From NCBI GenBank assembly GCA_963739455.1, contig CAVUAK010000001.1, forward strand, positions 672,001 to 736,000: DNA of 64,000 bases, written 5' to 3'. Within the stretch, counting starts at the first letter, position 1. Every line of letters begins with the position of its first letter. Shown here piece by piece: positions 59,077-64,000 of the stretch. Position numbers and translations under genes: made by a program. Below the pieces are notes generated by a model that saw only the letters and a list, made by a program, of their open reading frames with translations, was not told the origin of the DNA and did not search any database. Source of the DNA: an uncultured Gemmatimonadales bacterium (GTDB lineage: Bacteria; Gemmatimonadota; Gemmatimonadetes; Gemmatimonadales; GWC2-71-9).

Positions 59077-62000
59077 TTATGCGGTGCCCTCCGACCGGAC
59101 CACGGTTCCCGCCCGCCGGGTGGCAAACCAGTGCTGCAGTTCGTCGAACCAGACGTAGAACACCGGCGTGATGTAGAGCGTCACCAGCTGCGAAAATGCC
59201 AGCCCGCCCACCACCGCCAGGCCCAGCGGACGGCGCGACTCGGCACCGGCTCCGGCGCCGAGCGCGATGGGCAGCGTGCCCATCAGGGCCGCCATGGTGG
59301 TCATCATGATCGGGCGGAAGCGGGCCGACGCCGCCTCGAGGATCGACTGCTCCGGCCCCTTCCCGGTCCGCTCCGCCTCGATGGCGAAGTCGATCATCAT
59401 GATCGCGTTCTTCTTGACCAGGCCCACCAGCAGGATGATGCCGACGAAGGCGTAGACGCTCAGGTCCTGCCGGAAGATGAGCAGCGTGAGCAGTGCGCCG
59501 AACCCGGCGAACGGGCAGGCCGGTGAGGATGGTGAGCGGATGGACGAAGCTCTCGTACAGGATGCCGAGCACGATGTAGATCACCGCGACGGCGAGGATC
59601 AGGAGGATGAGCAGGCCCGCCTGGGCGTCGGCAAAGGCCTGCGCCGCGCCCGGAGAAGCTGGCGGTGATCCCGGTGCCGATGAGCGGCGTGGCGGCGGCC
59701 TCGACCGCCTTCACGGCGTCACCGATGGCCACGCCCGGCGCCAGGTTGAACGAGATGGTGACCGACGGCAGCTGGCCCGAGTGGTTCACCGAGAGCGGAC
59801 CCACCGTCTCGCGTCACGGTGGCGAGCGCGGTGAGCGGCACCAGGGTGCCGTTGGGCGCGCGCACCGAGAGGAGCCGCATGGCGTCGAGGTCGCGCTGGT
59901 ACTGCGGCAGCAGCTCCATCACCACGAAGTACTGGTTGTTGTCGGTGAAGATGGTGGAGACCTGTCCCGCGCCGTAGGCGTTGTACAGCGCCTGCTCGAT
60001 CTGCTGCACCGTGACACCGAGCGACGAGGCCCGGTCGCGATCGATGGCGACGTTGATCTGCGGATTCTTGATCTGCAGGTCGCTGGTGACGTCGCGCAGC
60101 TGCGGCAGCGCCGCCAGGGTGGCCTCGAGCTTCTTCTCGGTGGCGTAGAGCGCGTCGATGTCGCTCCCCTGCAGCGTGTACTGGTAGAGGCTCTTGGAGG
60201 AGCGGCCGCCGATGTTGATGGGCGGCGGGTTGGTGAAGTACACCCGGATGCCCGGCACCGCCGAGAGCTTGCGGGTGAGCTGGCGGGCCACGCCGTCGGC
60301 GTCGAGCTTCCGGTCCTGCCCTCGGCTTGAGCTTGACGATGAAGCGGCCCTGATTGGTGGCCGCCGCGCGGCCGCCCGACCCGATGGCCGACATGAAGCC
60401 CTCGACGTTCTCGTCGGCCACCAGGATCTGCATCGCCGCCTGCTGGTACCGCACCATCGCCTCGAACGACGTGCCCTCCGCCGCCTCGGTGGTGCCGCGA
60501 AGCTGGTCCTGGTCCTCGCTGGGAATGAATCCCTTGGGCACCATCTGCCAGAGCACCACGGTGCCCAGCCAGGATGAGCAGGCTGAACACGAGTGCGGCG
60601 GGACGCCGGGCCATCACCCAGGCCAGGGTGCGCTCGTAGAGCGCGAGCGTCTTCTCGTAGCCTCGCTCGAACCAGGCGGTGGCCTGCTCCACCCGGCTGG
60701 GCTTGCCGCCGTGCTGCGTCGGCTTGAGGAAGCGGCTGCCGAGCATCGGCGTGAGCGTCAGCGACACGAAGGCCGACACCAGGATCGACACCGCGATGGT
60801 GACGGAGAACTCGCGGAAGAGCCTGCCGACAATGCCGCCAAGGAACAGCAGCGGAATGAAGACCGCCACCAGCGACAGGGTCATCGAGAGAATGGTGAAG
60901 CCGATCTCCTTCGACCCGTTGAGCGCCGCCTGCATCGGGCGTCTCGCCCATTTCCATGTGGCGGACGATGTTCTCCAGCATCACGATGGCGTCGTCCACC
61001 ACGAAGCCCACCGAGAGCGTCAGCGCCATGAGCGACAGGTTGTCGAGGCTGTAGCCCAGCACCTTCATGACCGCGAAGGTGGCGAGCAGCGACATCGGCA
61101 GTGCCAGGCTGGGGATGATGGTGGCCGAGATGTTCCGGAGGAACAGGAAGATGACGAGCACCACCAGGCAGAGCGTCAGGTAGAGGGTGAACTTCACGTC
61201 ATCCACCGACTCGCGGATCGTCTCGGAGCGGTCGTAGATGGTGGTCACGTCCACCGACGGCGGCAGGGTGAGCCCGATCTCGGCCATCGTCTTCCGCACG
61301 CGGGCCGCCACCTCGACGGTGTTGGTGCCCGGCTGCCGGATATATGGCGAGGACGATGCCGCGGGTCTGGTTGTACCAGGCAGCGGCCTTGGTGTCCTGC
61401 ACGCTGTCGATGACGCGGCCGAGATCCTCGAGCCGCACCGGGCGGCCATTTCGCCAGGCCACGATGAGGGGACGGAACTCCGAGGCGTTCTGCAGCTGGC
61501 CGGTGGCCTGCACGGCGTAGGCCCGGTCGGTGCCCCAGAGAATGCCGGTCGGCAGGTTGACGTTGCCCTGGTCGATGGCATCACTCACTTCATCGATGCC
61601 GATCTGCCGCGCCGCCATGGCCTGGGGATCGAGCTGTATCCGCACGGCGTACTTCTGCGAGCCGTAGACCTGCACCTGCGCCACGCCCTCGACGGTCGAG
61701 AGCCGCTGCCCGATCGTGACCTGGCCGAACTCGTCGAGCTGGGACAGCTTGAGCGACGCCGAGGTCAGCGCGTAGACGATGATCGGCGACTGCGACGGGT
61801 CCACCTTCTGGTAGGTGGGCGGAACGATGTTCTGCGGCAGCTGCCGGATGGTCTGGGTGATCGCAGCCTGCACGTCGCTCGCCGCCGCATCGATGTCGCG
61901 GTCGAGGGCGAACTGCAGCGCGATCTGGGTGTTGCCCTGGAAGCTGGTGGAGGTGATCACCTCCAGGCCGGCGATGGTGGAGAACTGCTTCTCCAGCGGT

Positions 62001-62194
62001 GTCGCCACCGAGGCGGCCATGGTGGTGGGGCTCGCTCCAGGCACCGACGCGCTCACCGAGATGGTGGGGTAGTCCACCGGCGGCAAGTCACTGACGGGAA
62101 GGGTGCGATACGCCACCAGCCCGAACACGAGAATGCCGGCCATGAGCAACGTCGTCATGACCGGCCGCTTGATGAATGGTTCGCTCAGGTTCAT
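59077..62194 (-). CDS. RND efflux permease, MdtB/MdtC-like (several frameshifts)
   Basis: [52 protein letters not shown]. Confidence 0.92.
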
Positions 62195-63282
62195 GACGCG
62201 CCTCCCTTCAGCACCTGCACCTTCGCACCGTCGGTCAGCCGCAGCTGCCCGTCCACCACCACCTGCTCTCCCGCCGTGACGCCGGCGGAGAGCACGGCAA
62301 TCGAGTCACTCTGCCGTCGCAGCGTGACCGGCCGCATGTGCGCCGTGCTGCTGTCCACCACGTAGACGTAGCTGCCCTGCTGGCCGGTCACCACGGCGCT
62401 CGACGGCAGGACGATGGCGTCCTTGTCCACCGAGAGGGCGAGCTGCACCCGCACCAGCCCGCCGGGCCAGAGGCGGCTGTCCTTGTTGGCAAACTCCGCC
62501 TTGAGCGTGATGGTGCCGGTGAGCGAGTCCACGGCGTTGTCGAGAAAGTCGAGCGTGCCGGTGACGGCGGACGCGGTGTCGCCCACCGGGATGGCGCGGA
62601 CATCCTGCTTGCTGCCGGCGAGTGCCCGCAGGTCGGAGAGGTAGGCGGCCGGCACACTGAAGCGCACGCGGATGGGGGCCATCTGGTTGATCACCACCAG
62701 CGCGTCGCCGCTGCCGGCGCGCACGAGGTTGCCCTCGCGCACCAGGAGCGACCCGGCGCGACCCGTGATGGGCGCGCGCACCGTGGCGTACTGGAGGCTC
62801 AGGCGCGCCTGGTCGATGGCGGCCTGGTCGGAGCGCAGGGTCGCCTCGAGCGCCGACGCGGTGGCTTTCGCCTGGTCGAGCTGCTGCGCGGTGACGTACT
62901 CCTTGGCGGCGAGCGTCTCGAACCGGTCGCGGTCGCGGCGGGCACTTTCCCACTGCGCCGAGTCGCGCGCGAGGGCCGCTTCGGCCTGGCTCAGCGCGGC
63001 GCGGAAGGACCGCGGGTCGATCTGGAAGAGCACCTGTCCCTCGGTGACCTGGTCGCCCTCGCGGAAGGTGACCTTGTCGATGAGCCCCGAGACCTGCGCC
63101 TCGACCCGCGCGGTGCGCACCGGCTCCACGGTGCCCGTGGCCTCGAGCACACGGGGGACATCGCGCTGCACCGCCGCGGTGAGGGTGACAGGAGCCGCCG
63201 CTGCCTGCGAGGCGGGGCCCTTGGTCTTGCAGGCCGACGCGGCCGCGACGAGGACGAGTGCGAGGTGTCGGAGCCGCATCAC
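62191..63282 (-). CDS. RND periplasmic adaptor (MdtA-like)
   Basis: ASA-C lipobox; FREGDQV, LFQIDP, RAPITGRAG, DNAVD..TGTI. Confidence 0.92.
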   Translation of the reverse strand: MMRLRHLALVLVAAASACKTKGPASQAAAAPVTLTAAVQRDVPRVLEATGTVEPVRTARVEAQVSGLIDKVTFREGDQVTEGQVLFQIDPRSFRAALSQAEAALARDSAQWESARRDRDRFETLAAKEYVTAQQLDQAKATASALEATLRSDQAAIDQARLSLQYATVRAPITGRAGSLLVREGNLVRAGSGDALVVINQMAPIRVRFSVPAAYLSDLRALAGSKQDVRAIPVGDTASAVTGTLDFLDNAVDSLTGTITLKAEFANKDSRLWPGGLVRVQLALSVDKDAIVLPSSAVVTGQQGSYVYVVDSSTAHMRPVTLRRQSDSIAVLSAGVTAGEQVVVDGQLRLTDGAKVQVLKGGAS

Positions 63283-64000
63283 TTGGTTGAGTCCGTGGGT
63301 TCAGAGAGACGAATGCGCGCGCCACCATCAGGATCGAGCAGGGCGGCGTCGTGCGCCAGCTGCACCAGTGCCGAATACCAGAGGAGCCGGGCCTGGATGC
63401 GCTGGGCCCGCGCATCGGCCAGGGCATTCTCGGCGGCGAGGAGGTCGATGAGCCCGCCGACGCCTTCCTTGTATCGTGCTCGCGCCGCATCGGCCGAGGC
63501 GCTGGCGCTGGTGAGCAGCTCCTCGCTGGTGCGCACCTGCTGGCTCGCGGCCCGCTGCGCCTCGTAGGCCGCGAATACCTGGAAGGTGACCTGCTGCGCC
63601 AGGCTCTCGGTACGCGCGCCCTCGGCGTCTGCGGTGGCGGCGGCGGCGCGTGTGTCGTACTCCCAGCGGAAGCCGTTGAAGAGCGGAATGCCGAGTGCCA
63701 GGCCCAGGGTGTAGTAGTTCCCGCCACCGCCGCCGGTCGAGAGAATGATGTTGCGGCCCACGCCGCCGGTGGCAGAAATGGTGGGGTAGCGAGCCGACCG
63801 GGTGGCGCGGGTGCGCTCCTGGGCCGCGGCCCATGTGGCCTGCGCAGCGACGAGATCGGGCCGGTTGACCAGCGCGTGCTTCACCAGCACATCCACGCTG
63901 TCCGCGACTTCGGCGATCTCACCGTGACCGGCGGCCTCGTCGGCATCCAGGTCCATGGTGGCGGGGAACCCCGCGGCGGTGGCGAGCGCACCGCGCGCCG
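63279..64000 (-). CDS. TolC family outer membrane factor (5' partial)
   Basis: NRPDL, YPT, IPLFNG, RYKEG..LIDLL.AE; in operon with the adaptor and permease. Confidence 0.85.
   Translation of the reverse strand, partial: ARGALATAAGFPATMDLDADEAAGHGEIAEVADSVDVLVKHALVNRPDLVAAQATWAAAQERTRATRSARYPTISATGGVGRNIILSTGGGGGNYYTLGLALGIPLFNGFRWEYDTRAAAATADAEGARTESLAQQVTFQVFAAYEAQRAASQQVRTSEELLTSASASADAARARYKEGVGGLIDLLAAENALADARAQRIQARLLWYSALVQLAHDAALLDPDGGARIRLSEPTDSTK

Noticed and set aside
1..64000. tRNA, rRNA, IS, integrase, prophage or defence genes
   Set aside because: No recognisable motifs seen by eye; tRNAscan-SE and DefenseFinder were not run.

Overview
GC-rich bacterial chromosomal window. Gene content (GWxTD-like paralogs, several Hanks-type Ser/Thr kinases, DUF4384 protein) suggests Gemmatimonadota; this is an inference. 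It holds about 55 CDS, including leuS, gyrA, ada, a NAD-salvage pair and an RND efflux operon. I saw no tRNA, rRNA, CRISPR array or mobile element. Many genes, including gyrA, are broken by single-base frameshifts that are most likely assembly indels. The best candidate for an undescribed system is a doubly regulated sulfur-relay operon at about 14.5-18.5 kb. Its order is: sigma70 promoter, SAM-II-like riboswitch with intrinsic terminator, threonine-synthase-like PLP enzyme, MoaD/ThiS-type carrier ending in Gly-Gly, MoeB-rhodanese fusion, an unannotated Cys/Met-rich leader peptide ([16 protein letters not shown]...) with a complete attenuator, and a tandem-rhodanese sulfurtransferase. This suggests thiocarboxylate-dependent homocysteine/methionine synthesis sensing both SAM and cysteine. 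A second unannotated attenuator, a probably leaderless peptide with WDFYFF, precedes a prephenate dehydratase-ACT-DAHP synthase fusion. Other observations include frequent leaderless-type promoters, a G-rich 9-mer array with a nearby inverted copy, heptamer tandem repeats, a WG-repeat secreted protein and a 52-aa small protein with a sigma54-like promoter. All family and RNA calls are by eye and from memory; no searches were run.
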